From the NCBI RefSeq assembly GCF_001194135.2, contig NC_068986.1, positions 100,836,020-100,900,019 of the forward strand: a DNA stretch of 64,000 nucleotides, read 5' to 3'. The notes beneath the pieces are model-generated. The model saw nothing but the letters and a program-made list of their open reading frames with translations, was not told the origin of the DNA and did no database searches. Shown piece after piece: positions 25,806-39,090 of the stretch (positions are counted from its first letter, which is position 1; the number at the start of each line of letters is the position of its first letter). A program made the translations under genes and the position numbers. Origin of the DNA: Octopus bimaculoides. Taxonomy: Eukaryota.

Positions 25806-26194
25806 AGGCGTAGCGTAGCGGTGTGTTAACACACTTGCTTCCCAACAACATGGTTCTGGGTACGCTCCCATTGCGTGCCACATCGCTCAAGTGTCTTCTA
25901 CTATAGGCTTGGGCCGAGCAAAGACTTGTGTGTCGATTTGGTAGACAGAAACAGAAAGAACCTCATCGGGTGTATATACGTGTGTACATTTGTGTGCGCC
26001 TGTCTTTGTCTCCGTCACCATCGCTTGACAGCAAATGTGTGATTACGTCTCCGTAACTTAGTGGTTCGGTATACGTGACCGATACGATATGTTCTAGGCT
26101 TACAAAGTATAAGTCCTGGTGTCGATTTGTTCGATTAAATGAGGAGCGCCAGCATGGCCGCATTCAAATGACGGAAACACATAAGAAAACAAAA
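25806..26194 (+). mobile_element. SINE family C, full length and diverged
   Basis: Colinear with 16146-16519 (caagtgtcttctactatagg...accatcgcttgaca...cgtaacttag...gtcgatttgttcgat...ccagcatggccgcattcaaatgacggaaaca). Confidence 0.85.
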
Positions 26195-26350
26195 TAATGT
26201 GTATATGCGTGTATATGTGCATACCTATGTGTATGTATAACTGATTATGAATGGAACGGGTGCGAATATTGCTGTCAGATTCGCGCTGACAACTAAACGT
26301 AGCAATATTGAGAAAGCTTGAAGCTATATCTACATAGCATGGATGTATGG

Positions 26351-26594
26351 TGAAGAGCTTACTTTCAAAACCATATTTCTGCATCGGAATGAATTTTGAG
26401 TAATTGAGGAAGCAATAACATGAATATGTCTGAATTTGATTGCAAGACTAATATTCGCCTATATGGCATCTATCCCAGGTTGACTGTCAAAAATTTCACG
26501 TGTGTGAAGACAACAGCTTGCAGATTATGTGTTAATGCTTATCATGAAATCAACGAAATATGGACTTATAAAGGTTTTGAAAGTAAGCTCTTCA
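26351..26594. mobile_element. Candidate MITE with perfect 22-bp terminal inverted repeats
   Basis: tgaagagcttactttcaaaacc (26351-26372) pairs with ggttttgaaagtaagctcttca (26573-26594). An inner ccatatttc/gaaatatgg match extends the arms across a small indel. No coding capacity. Confidence 0.6.
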
Positions 26595-26718
26595 TATACT
26601 TACTACATGGCTCGGTATTATCAAAAATGGACCAGAGTTTAACCTAGTTCAAACTATCGACATATACCGGGAAGTAAAGGAGAGTTATATGTGCGTGCGT
26701 GTGTGTATGTGTGTATAC

Positions 26719-26754
<36 letters not shown>

Positions 26755-27255
26755 GTATNNNNNNNNNNNNNNNNNNNNNNNNNNNNNNNNNNNNNNNNNN
26801 NNNNNNNNNNNNNNNNNNNNNNNNNNNNNNNNNNNNNNNNNNNNNNNNNNNNNNNNNNNNNNNNNNNNNNNNNNNNNNNNNNNNNNNNNNNNNNNNNNNN
26901 NNNNNNNNNNNNNNNNNNNNNNNNNNNNNNNNNNNNNNNNNNNNNNNNNNNNNNNNNNNNNNNNNNNNNNNNNNNNNNNNNNNNNNNNNNNNNNNNNNNN
27001 NNNNNNNNNNNNNNNNNNNNNNNNNNNNNNNNNNNNNNNNNNNNNNNNNNNNNNNNNNNNNNNNNNNNNNNNNNNNNNNNNNNNNNNNNNNNNNNNNNNN
27101 NNNNNNNNNNNNNNNNNNNNNNNNNNNNNNNNNNNNNNNNNNNNNNNNNNNNNNNNNNNNNNNNNNNNNNNNNNNNNNNNNNNNNNNNNNNNNNNNNNNN
27201 NNNNNNNNNNNNNNNNNNNNNNNNNNNNNNNNNNNNNNNNNNNNNNNNNNNNNNN

Positions 27256-27287
<32 letters not shown>

Positions 27288-27347
27288 TACATACGTATAC
27301 ATGTATATATATTACAAGTGACTGACAGCGTATAAGAGATATACACA

Positions 27348-28243
27348 TATGTTGGGTCATCACATAAGTAGTTTGGTGGTTTTAACTGCATGAAGTAAAA
27401 ATCAGATGGGGATATATTAGACTACCTGCATCAACGTGCTATATAAACAGGCAGTGATTGTAGGTAGTACTCATTCTCAGTGCAAATTTTGAAGAGTATA
27501 GTTCAATTTTAACAGTTATATTTTCATAGTTATAACGGAAGTGACACAGGAGGATATTCGGCATATTTTGTTTTGTCTGTTCAATAAAGCAACAGCGCAA
27601 AGGGAAGTACAAGGAATATTAATACATTATATGGGATCGGGCATTTAGCGTAAATCACTTTCAGCGGTAATTCCTGAAATTCCGAGCCCGAAACTACGGC
27701 CTAGAAGACGAGACTCGTCTGGAAGATCTATAGAGCTCGGTGAGGACGTCCTGAAAGCCTTTATGGGACAACATCCAATCGTAACTGTTGAAGAACTATC
27801 AGAGAACCTTGGATTTGGTAATTCAACGAGTCATTCAAGTCAGCACAGGGAGAAAAATTACCATTTTTGGTTTCAAGTCGAAAGGTGTTCTTCCATTAGA
27901 ATAATACTGCACCATATGCAGCAAGGATGATATCTGAAAGACAGGAGCAGTTTGAATGAGAAACGATGCCTCACCCTCCCTGTGTCGCGGGACGTTATCC
28001 CATTTTGTTATCATTTATTCCACAGAATTCAAAAACATATTCATGGAAAAAAATATGAATTCTGTAGACGACGTCAGAACAGTACTGGAGGTTTATTTTT
28101 CGTCAGGAACAAGCGAAATTTGGAAGAGGGGCCTTGCAAGTCTACCGGATAGATGGAACAGCATTGTAGAAAATAACTTTGATTATCTTAATTTTGAAAG
28201 ATAAAAGAAGTATAAAAACCCGCAATATTTATGACTCAATACA
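27348..28243 (+). mobile_element. Mariner (Tc1/mariner) DNA transposon, internally deleted, with both TIRs decayed
   Basis: FLKFRARNYGLEDETRSGRSIEL..VTVEELSENLGF (HTH region); KGVL.. and ETMPHPP (catalytic region); WKRGLASLPDRWNSIVENNFDY (C terminus). Ends tatgttgggtcatcacataagtagtttggtggttttt and aaaaacccgcaatatttatgactcaataca are imperfect inverted repeats. Confidence 0.88.
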
Positions 28244-28699
28244 CATATAGATGATATGACAAGTTATGCTTTTACAATATAAGAGTCTTTGATAAATAAA
28301 GAACAACGAAAGGATGTAAGAAAATATTATTTGGCTTCTTGCCCACAGTTGTGTTGATTTAAGTATACGGAATTGACTCGGCATCTCAACTAATATATAT
28401 TACTCGTATTAAATGTCTGCTTAACCACAAATTTAAGAAAATATTACGCCTCAAGTTTAGTGAATGTTTAATATGCGGTATTACATAAGAATAGTATGTA
28501 ATTTGCATTTCAACAGAAATACAAATGATCAGCATTTATCCCATTCTAATGCGTCTCTGCAATATCTCCAAAAGCATTTGTGATGTGTTAGCTTGCTTGG
28601 TGTTTCGATCTTTTCTATTTATACACACACAACACCTTATATTCTTTTTTACTTGATGCAGTCATAAAATTGCCGCCATGTTGGGAAGTGTCTTGAAAA

Positions 28700-29040
28700 C
28701 GTTTAGCCCAATTAATCGACTCGGGTACTAAATTTTGTACAGGCGGGAACTTATTCTGTCGGTTTTTGCCAAACCTCTAAGCTATGGTGATGTAAACTTA
28801 ACAAGTTCAGTTGTTAACCGGTGGTGTAGAACAAAACATATGCAAATACGCACACGTACACTCATAGACACACATACACACAAGCATACATACACATACA
28901 CACACGTGTATACGTATATATTCTATTATCTATAAATGATGGGCTTCTTCTATATTTCAGTCACTGAAGCCACTCAAGAAATTTTAATAGGCCCGAGATG
29001 TGTAGAAGTCACTAGCCCAATGTACCACACAGTGAAGAAT
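28700..29040 (-). mobile_element. SINE family C, diverged, with internal (CA)n
   Basis: gaacttattctgtcggtttttgccaaacctctaagctatggtgatgtaaac and gggcttctt...ggcccgagatgtgtagaagtcactagcccaatgtaccacacagtga match the reverse complement of family C. Confidence 0.7.
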
Positions 29041-29132
29041 TTACATACATACCTACTCACAAATGCATGTTCACATACATATACTGACACATACACATAC
29101 ATAGTCGTGTGTGTGTGTGTGTATGTGTGTGT

Positions 29133-29164
<32 letters not shown>

Positions 29165-30609
29165 TGATAGTTTGATAGAATTACATGACAATGCGAGCGA
29201 TACTGAGAAAAACATAACTTATTTATTGGTATATAATATGCATTAATATTATATCTAAACGTATGAAAATTTAGCATGCGTTTAATGTGTTCATAAATCA
29301 GATGAGAGAACGACTACTGTTCTATAACTATTTCCGCTAGCCACAGTAATGGCTGCCAATAATATTGGCCAAAAAATAACAGTCTTTTAGTGCAAAAGAT
29401 AGGTTGCTTACGTCTGCTGTCAAGTAGATAGTCACAGTGTTTCATTATCCCGTTTTCCACAGCACACATAACTAGCACCTGGTGTGTGTCTTGCATTATT
29501 CAATATCTGATTTATATTCAAGACACCTTTTTAATAATATATATAGAAAAAAGAAACGTTCTTATAGAAAGCAGAATGGAATTAAAAACGTGAATCCGTC
29601 TTCCAGTTATTTGCTATGAGTGGATGAGAACAAAACAATACATTTGGAACGCCAAATTGGTGTACGATTTTGGTAACACGATATATTGCACCCGGAAATA
29701 CCAGTTTAACATTGTGTATGGAAAACTCTTGATTAAAATGAAAGGCACTTAACATACATTTATATATATATATATATATATATATNNNNNNNNNNNNNNN
29801 NNNNNNNNNNNNNNNNNNNNNNNNNNNNNNNNNNNNNNNNNNNNNNNNNNNNNNNNNNNNNNNNNNNNNNNNNNNNNNNNNNNNNNNNNNNNNNNNNNNN
29901 NNNNNNNNNNNNNNNNNNNNNNNNNNNNNNNNNNNNNNNNNNNNNNNNNNNNNNNNNNNNNNNNNNNNNNNNNNNNNNNNNNNNNNNNNNNNNNNNNNNN
30001 NNNNNNNNNNNNNNNNNNNNNNNNNNNNNNNNNNNNNNNNNNNNNNNNNNNNNNNNNNNNNNNNNNNNNNNNNNNNNNNNNNNNNNNNNNNNNNNNNNNN
30101 NNNNNNNNNNNNNNNNNNNNNNNNNNNNNNNNNNNNNNNNNNNNNNNNNNNNNNNNNNNNNNNNNNNNNNNNNNNNNNNNNNNNNNNNNNNNNNNNNNNN
30201 NNNNNNNNNNNNNNNNNNNNNNNNNNNNNNNNNNNNNNNNNNNNNNNNNNNNNNNNNNNNNNNNNNNNNNNNNNNNNNNNNNNNNNNNNNNNNNNNNNNN
30301 NNNNNNNNNNNNNNNNNNNNNNNNNNNNNNNNNNNNNNNNNNNNNNNNNNNNNNNNNNNNNNNNNNNNNNNNNNNNNNNNNNNNNNNNNNNNNNNNNNNN
30401 NNNNNNNNNNNNNNNNNNNNNNNNNNNNNNNNNNNNNNNNNNNNNNNNNNNNNNNNNNNNNNNNNNNNNNNNNNNNNNNNNNNNNNNNNNNNNNNNNNNN
30501 NNNNNNNNNNNNNNNNNNNNNNNNNNNNNNNNNNNNNNNNNNNNNATATATATATATATAAGCACATATACAGAGCGTTACCAACTGTAAAAACACGACA
30601 TACGTAAAC

Positions 30610-30920
30610 AAATGTCTTAAATACGCAAACGATAAGAGATAAAAATGGAAAACACGACAAGTAATACAAAAAATACGAAGAACGATCCTTCATCAGTTGT
30701 CGGCTGCCTGTCTTGTCTATTCCCCATTTCGAGTAATCAACAACAATATGTGTCTTCGAATACAGTTGCTCCCATAAATACCAAAATGAAATTTTCGAGT
30801 TATGGAGGGTCAAATTTGGGAACACAAATAGGACAGTGGAGACGGACAAGGAAACCGAACGAAAACAGACGTGGAGGGTCGATAGACCTGAACGACGTGA
30901 AAATATTGAACGCGGATAGA
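30610..30920. repeat. Unclassified dispersed repeat family D, copy 1
   Basis: ccttcatcagttgtc...tctattccccatttcga...atatgtgtcttcg...aaatttggg...aggacagtggagacggacaagg aligns by eye with 58850-59150. Confidence 0.6.
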
Positions 30921-31497
30921 AATATTTTCTCTGAAATGAGAAACAGATAGAAGAGAGAAAGAACGGAGACCATCTAACAGGAAAAGAAAGATGGCCACGT
31001 GAGGAAAAGCAAGATGGACGATGGTCACGTCTGAGCAACGAGTGAGAAAAAAAGAGGTAGAAATTGTTACATATATGTATGCATATTAATATACATATAA
31101 ACCAATGAAGTATAAGACATCGAAACATGTATATATAAGTTCGCGTGTGTGTGCGCATGCGTATGAATGAGATACCAGACATATCTCCACCGTAAGTAAG
31201 AGCTGAATATATATGAAGTGATTAACTCCAATACGTTATATTATTGCAGTAAATCTATTGGAAACTTGTATATATATACATGATCGGTCGAATCAATCAG
31301 GAAAACAACTCCTTACAATAGACTTTAACAGAGATGCTGTATCTAAACTACTACCATCATTTGTTTACGAATGAACATCATTTATTCTATAACTATCTAA
31401 TTAAAGCACACTGAGAAAAGAAATATAAATTTAGTTAATTAAAAGGAAAAGATTTTCAAGGTGTGACATACAGGGTGCACATACACATACATACACA

Positions 31498-31533
<36 letters not shown>

Positions 31534-31543
31534 NNNNNNNNNN

Positions 31544-31591
<48 letters not shown>

Positions 31592-33276
31592 GTTAGACAT
31601 ATAGATAGATAGATAGATTGATATACAGAAAGATATATGGACAGATACATAGATAAATAATAGAGATATAAATAAATATATAGACACACACACACACACA
31701 CACGACACATACACACACACACAAACACACACACACACACACACATATATATATGCATAAGAAAAAAGGATTAAAATTTCGATATATATATGTGAGTGTG
31801 TGTAGAGAGAGAAAGAGAGAGAGAGAGGAGTGGGAACGATAGCTAGATAGTATGGGAGTTATATAGATATGTAAAATACGAATATGTTTAGAGAATTTAA
31901 TCAAGTGAAGTACAATGAGAATAGGTGTATTTTTAACTAAGACATTAATTCCTTCAAACAAGCTTCACCATGATGAGTAAAGGACAACCCAATTCAATGA
32001 AAGAATACTATGACAGGACAAACTACTTTCAATAACAACTACACACCAAGAGTTAAATAATTCAGAAGACAACATTAATATATATTTTCATCTAAAATAT
32101 GGATCACTGACGCGTTTGAAACCAGGACAGCTCTTTACAATAAATAATTATTCGACTTTACATTGGACAATATAATGTATCCATTACCATGATGAGTACG
32201 TGTCGAACAATGAATTAGAGACAAGAAATAAAGATTTGCTTTCATACAGAGCCTGCATAGCTCGTAAACTAATATATAGGAATACGGGCAAATAGTACTC
32301 GGTGAAAATGTAGACGTATGGGCAGGTAAGAAACAGCCTAAATTTAGGTTCTCTTGTTTATAATTTTATTTGATAAAAGTATTCAAAGCCATTGCCTTTA
32401 TAATATAATATACTTCATTACCAAGTGCCAACCAAGTCTATATGACAATAGCCACCACTACCAATAGTGCAACAACACCTACTGGAGCCATACGTCGAAT
32501 ATTATTAGGTAAAACACGAACGACTGCTATAACACAATATCAGATATACTGCTAATTAGATGAAAGATATTCATAAGCAACTGTGAAACCTAACTGCTGC
32601 TGCTTCCTTGTTGCAAAACTTACAGGCCTACATCTTCCCACATTCATTGAAAGGCTATTGCTGCTAACTAGCTGCAAATGTTAACTTTCAGCTCTGCTAT
32701 TATGATTGTCTCATTGAATTTAAATTAATGGAGTCTGCCTTCCACCTATTTCAGCATCTTTATACAATGGCTTTATATCCTGGCTAACGAGGTCTTTATA
32801 CAATGGCTAAAACCTGTAGTTCCTTTTTTTTTAAAAAAAAAGAAAGAAGTACGCAGTGTCGTTCCGTTTTTCAAGAATCTTATTTTCATTTTTTCCAAAT
32901 ATATTTCTCGCGTGAACAACAGAATAGACTAAGCGGAGCAGAAGCACGAACGAGGACGGAATGTATCACTGAAGAGGTCATAGATGTGTTACGAAAGATT
33001 ACTGGACAATGGATGTGAGTTAAAATAACAAGGGTAGTAAACGCGTGAAGAATGAATATATAATGCGTATGTTTATTTGGCAAAAAGAAAACAGTAAATA
33101 AAAGACCAAAATGAAAGTGACTATCACAAAATACAAGAGTAACTGTTCCAACACACGGTTTCACATCAGCAACCTTGGAACACAGATTAATAATCACACA
33201 CACAAACACACAAACACACACTCACACACTCACACTCACACACATACGCACACACATGCGCACTCACGCACACACA

Positions 33277-33319
<43 letters not shown>

Positions 33320-33677
33320 TATCATCGAACAGTGAAATTTAGGGCTCAATATCGCATTGCTGGATATATACTATATTTATTATGGGTTTAACAGAGCGAT
33401 TAATAGTTTCATGTGAAGATATCTTCACCATTGTTCAAACATGCAGCACCCAACCATACATGTTCTACACACATCTATAAAGACAAAGACATACGTGTAA
33501 ATACACACACATATACGCTCCTCATACACACACATAAACGCTCCTCTGCACTCTAACAGAAACAAAAATCATATACCCGTCTTTATTTCATCAAGTCCTC
33601 AATTTTCTTTTATAACTCATATCTATTCATATGAAAATATTAAACGAAACAAATATCCGTCTATTCATAAATAGATC

Positions 33678-33678
<1 letters not shown>

Positions 33679-33729
<51 letters not shown>

Positions 33730-33730
33730 G
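33679..33730. repeat. (TCTA)n tetranucleotide array
   Basis: Direct reading. Confidence 0.95.
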
Positions 33731-35204
33731 CGTTTGTATGGTTATTTTTGTTTGTGTCTATGGTTACGTCTGTTTGTGACTATGAGCGAATGTACGCACA
33801 GAAGCCTGATAATGCTAGACCACCAAAAATGATAGTAATAGAGATGTGATATTCTTGTGAATGATTGTATATCATTTGAATTAAACCATAATCTTATACA
33901 TTTTTTCTCCGTCTCATAAGACTCTATTTAATCTTCATAAAATTTTACTAGTTTTGAAATCAATAACAAAACGAATATTACGCCACGTAATATTTTAGGT
34001 AGACCATTTATTTGATGTAAATGTATGTTCAGTTGAATTTGAATAATCAATGAAATTATCATACAACAAAATGGATTTCCATTGTTAATATATTCGGTGT
34101 TTACGACAGCTGCCTGTAAAATGTCAGCTGATGGACAATTTACGATACTTTATCACACTAAGACGCAAGATTTCACCTTAGACGCATAATGAGCTAACAT
34201 TACAAGTTCAAAGAAAGAAAAAAAATCTCTTTTGTGAAACGAAATCGTTGAATAATTAACTTGAGCATCTCAATGAGTGGACCGTATGTATAGTGAAGGT
34301 GCTGTTGCTTTAATTCGAAAGACCAAATGACCTGTGAAGTGGTGTTGTAGTATATAAACTATTTCCGTGATTATTACTCTTCATTTCTATTCATTCACAC
34401 AAAACGTCATGTTTTGTATATATAATAGATATTTGTGATGTTAGCGATTTCTATACCAACGTCGGTTTAGAGGAAAAAGAAGAAATTTTGACTTTATACA
34501 AGGCAATTTCTTTGCACCACCACACTATTTCTGATCTATAACCAAGTTATGTGTAGGACCCAAGTCACATGTTCTACAGGCAAGGAAACAAAAAAGAAAA
34601 CGTACACTATTAGATACCAATAACTGAGATTGCTAACTCTTGGTTTTATAGTAACCTTTCGAAACCACAACATTTTCTTTGAACGAAAAAATGAATTAGT
34701 TTAATTTTCTTATAACAAAATCATCTTATATGATTTATTTTCGTTACTCATTCCAATGAAGTATAAGGTCGATTGAACTTCAAAACAGCTTACGGCAGCA
34801 ATGCTAATGAAACACACGTTAGTTTTACAGAGCAGACAATTACAATCTCTACTGTTGCTACCAACGTTAAGCCTGAAAATCCCTAATTATATTTCTTTTT
34901 CAACTGAGCACATGAGGAATTAAAATCTTATGCCTAACTTGTCTTATCGGAGCCAGGCAATAACACTTCACTTCTTATCAATAACTTAGTGTCAAGAAAC
35001 ATCATTTAAAACAACTGGAGCAATAATTTTAATGACATTTTCTCATCAACTTTTAAAGTATAGCGAAGTTCAAATCATTTGGACCATGAAAAACCTACGA
35101 TTCACGGTCCAAAGGTTAAAGATATTTAAGGTGTTAGTTTCTTTCATTTTCGTCCACTTAAGGAATCTTGTTCCTTAAAGTGATTTTCCATGTGATGGAG
35201 ATCG

Positions 35205-36320
35205 TGTTGCTACGAATAACGCATCCATTGTTAAATCAATATTAACTACAGCTACCATGTGAGTGGTTACTCTTATTGGTTTCCAAATAGTTCAAAAAAC
35301 CATCAGACATGAGTTTTGCAGAACCGATTTTAACATCTAAGTGCCCATGATTGCGGGTCTCAGGTTTTCTATCAATGAAATGTATTATCTTGAATTGTTT
35401 TCTGACGAAATATTTTCCCATTTGTTAACTGATGAGGGTTATGTCCCTCTTTCCATCAAAATACATAGCAGACTATGGTTTTTGTGGCCTACCTTCCTAC
35501 TGCAGTAATTTACGTTTTCTGGATCATTCATGTCTTGTCTTTGATTTGTCTGCAGCGAAAGAACATTCACCAGATGTACTTTCAATTAAGTCGCTGATCA
35601 ACGAATTTGTGAGAAGAGCAGCAGCGCGATCTGACACGCTCGTGCAGTCACAGGGAGAGGCTAGTTCTGGGAATTTCATTAATTTTATTCGTGATTTTGA
35701 ACTTACATTTCTGCTGGCCCGTTTTTTTGTTTTATGGCAAATAGGATTGGAACATCTTCATCTTCAGCAGCTGATCCATTTCCAGATGAAAACGCTATCA
35801 GTTCAGAATCCTTTGATGATGTAGAAGGGCGACAGTCGTCTGATTTATTTTCTCTAATCAACCTCTGAACGTTCTGTTTAGATACTGCTTGATCTATTCC
35901 GTCGGTGATGATTTGTCGATTTGTCTGTTGATCCTGTATAAAATCCTTTTCACTCTGATGTTTATTTTGTCTCTACTACAACTGCACTTTTTAAAGGAGT
36001 TGCAAATGAAATGTCAAATATATATTTTGTTGCATTGTTGTTAAACACATTTGACTTTGTTTGAAACGATAGCATATTTTCCTATCCTTCACAGGTTTTA
36101 GTAATGTTTGGTACTTTAGATAAAAGTTTAAGATTTTCGATTTAACTAACTCATTCGTAACACAAGGGATGAATGCATTTTGCCAAGGAAGAATTAACTT
36201 TTCTGCTACAATCATGACAAATTGTTTAATTGAAAGATCGTAACTACATTTTTCTTTCTTTTTCTCGCTCAAATAAAAACACATTTTAGCACGCCCCTTC
36301 TGAAATAGACTAGTTGATAT
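35205..36320 (-). pseudogene. Decayed DNA-transposon transposase, hAT-like (hATm-type by my recollection)
   Basis: Minus-strand motifs in order: VAEKLILPWQNAFIPCV..KILNFYLKYQTLLKP; CNSFKKCSC; EKDFIQDQQTNRQII; KFPELASPCDCTSVSDRAAALL; MYFDGKRDITL (35434-35466); KPE..HGH; GSAK; NNGCVIR. Several stops and frameshifts. No TIRs recognised. Confidence 0.72.
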
Positions 36321-37842
36321 CAATAAGGTATTTTTGATCAGTGCTGAGATCGATTCTGTCTACTGATTGAATCTGATTAAAGTTCACAACGCTTAGTGTT
36401 TCACACCACTCCAATCTGTAATGAATCAGGCCAAAAATCCTCGAGGCCGGCAGCTTTTTTGTCGAGATCGTTAATAAGGTGGGTTTTCAGTAATATGACG
36501 CGTTATTGGCTTATGAGTCATTATTAAATGTAGAAACACTAAATTTAGCACCATCATTAATTTCAATACAATGGCCTAAATTCAACGTACAAAGTAGAAC
36601 ACTTCACATATATGCGACCACGTCCACACGCAACGAACGTTGCTGCGGCACTGGGGAGAATTCACATTCCCGTTCTGATTATAGTCAATGAGGAAATCCA
36701 TGACATAAGTAAATCATACTGAACTTTGGTATGCCACCTCTTATGGATACTATATTTACTGTTTTGCATTCTGCTATGTAGGAATATGTATTCGATATGA
36801 CTAATAATCTATGAAATGCAAACTTTAACCAATAATATTGATTTAAATAAGTTTTAATTGCGTTGCGGAGCCTAAACAAGTGTTTAACCGCAAAGTCCTT
36901 TATAACTTTTTCTGTTACCTCTAATTTGCAACAAAATATCGAGTCTTAGTTACCAATTTCGAAAGTTGCATTATTTCGCTCAACCATACTGCACATATCA
37001 GTGAAAATAGACGCGGATGATTCCTACCTAGCTAATTTGCTGTTGCCTATGTTAAATTTTAGGCTCTTTAACTACCTCTGAATTTCGCAATTTGAACGGC
37101 TCCTCAAAGTCTGGTGTCATTTTCTGCTGGATTGGTTACGTAACTTAAACAGTTATGCAATTGTGGTTTTTATCAAATCATTTCAGTATTGGTGTTTCCT
37201 CATTCATTTTCTTAACATTTCTGTCGGTATGCTCCCTTCTGCAGAACAAAGCATTTTATTCTCGAGGACTTCCATACATTATCCATATCGATGACTTCCA
37301 TACTTCTTATTTTCTTTCCTCATTACAACACAGGTTTCCCATTTAGTCGTTAACATAAGCAGAGATCTGCCAATAGTAATGCATAATCTATCGAAGTTGG
37401 ATTTATTATAAATTATTTGTAGCAAAGTAAACGGAAAAGCCCGTCTTCACCCATTTTTTTCCTCTCCGCCCCGTATACTTGATACTTTCATATTCAAGCT
37501 GTTCAAGTGTATCGATGGTCATGTTGTATATTTTTGTACTCACGAGTGCCACGGATGCGATACGATACGATACTAGAGTTGAAGCGATCATTCCTCAGTG
37601 AAGTAATTTTCTAATAATGCAAGGGGTTAAACTTCATGTTTCCGAGTAAATTTTCCGCAACGTTTCCAATTGATAAGGTAACGAGTCGGATCATTGGTAA
37701 ACTGAAAAGCAATCGCTTTGATATATTTTTATCTATTTAATATTCAGCCATAGGAATTTAGCAAAGGTTTTGTGTGCTAATAGCGGACATTGTAATTGTC
37801 AATTTGTTATCACTAGCAGATCTCTGTTTATGAGTACCTGGA

Positions 37843-37912
<70 letters not shown>

Positions 37913-38026
37913 NNNNNNNNNNNNNNNNNNNNNNNNNNNNNNNNNNNNNNNNNNNNNNNNNNNNNNNNNNNNNNNNNNNNNNNNNNNNNNNNNNNNNNNN
38001 NNNNNNNNNNNNNNNNNNNNNNNNNN

Positions 38027-38058
<32 letters not shown>

Positions 38059-39090
38059 CATTAGGCTTATCTAGATAGTAGTTCTGTGTAAAAGCGAAAT
38101 AAAAAGACTATGCTTATTCTAAGAGAAGGACTGTAGCAAGGATATATGTGGTGGTAAGTGGCAGGATAGCGTGAGGTCAGATACGGAGAAAAAGATTCGA
38201 GGTCATTTGAGATCTGACCGAGTGGAATAGATATCAACTACCAATGAATTGGTATGCATCTCTAATGCCTTGTATATGAGAATACGATAGTAAAACAAAA
38301 CACTACCAGACACCTATATGAAGTCTTTAAATTATTTCAGGCTATATTTTTGATACTACAGGGAGATAATTAAATTATATGAAATCGTAATAAAATAAAA
38401 CGAATCCAACTGACAAATATAGAATTTTAATATTTGTAGCTGAAACCGTATATTTCGTTCTGGCTTTAAGCAATATATTTGATTGTCGGGAAAGTGGAGA
38501 GCTGCACAGTGAAATAAATTAATAAGTAATAACGAAACTATATTTTAGACTTACTAACAAGGCCAATCTTTAAAGATGAGATTACCAACTTAATTGATTC
38601 AAGTTCTTAGGGAGATTGTTCACGTACTGAGTAGAGCAAAGTTACAGGCAGAATCACAAATAAACCACGTGCCTCTATCATGAAGATTACTTGGGTACTC
38701 AAGGCACGTTGGAACAAATCTGCCTAATCACGCGTCACAATGGCGAAAACAATATTAGTGGCTCTGTTTTAATAGAAGTGTACATGAAGGGAATACATTT
38801 TTTACTGATCCTATGTTAACGGAACGGCACACTACACTCACGTACGCAAATGCATACACGTACCCACATACACCAAAATTTAGTCTAACGGCAAACTGGA
38901 GAGTTACTCAATACATTCTCGTATAATATATAATCAAAATTAGTGGGAAATTATTGACTATGATTTACAAGTTTTGCCTTATTTCCAGTTATCACAGATG
39001 TGTATGTGCATGTGCATATGAAGTGGCTGTGTATTTCTCTGATTCCTTTTATAATTCATAAACGTATATCTTCATTATACTTCCTCACAT

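Noticed and set aside
30681-30740. Type II hammerhead on the minus strand (GAAA ... CTGATGA)
   Set aside because: The intervening sequence cannot form stems III and I, and stem II pairing fails.
32250-32325. Candidate exon (catacag ... GGCAG|gtaaga)
   Set aside because: All three frames contain stop codons.
35432-35824. 130-aa plus-strand ORF
   Set aside because: It is the antisense shadow of the minus-strand transposase relic.
37187-37226. 40-nt candidate exon encoding hydrophobic IGVSSFIFLTFLS
   Set aside because: It is T-rich sequence that gives hydrophobic peptides by default. The donor gtatgc is modest, and there is no recognisable family or partner exon.
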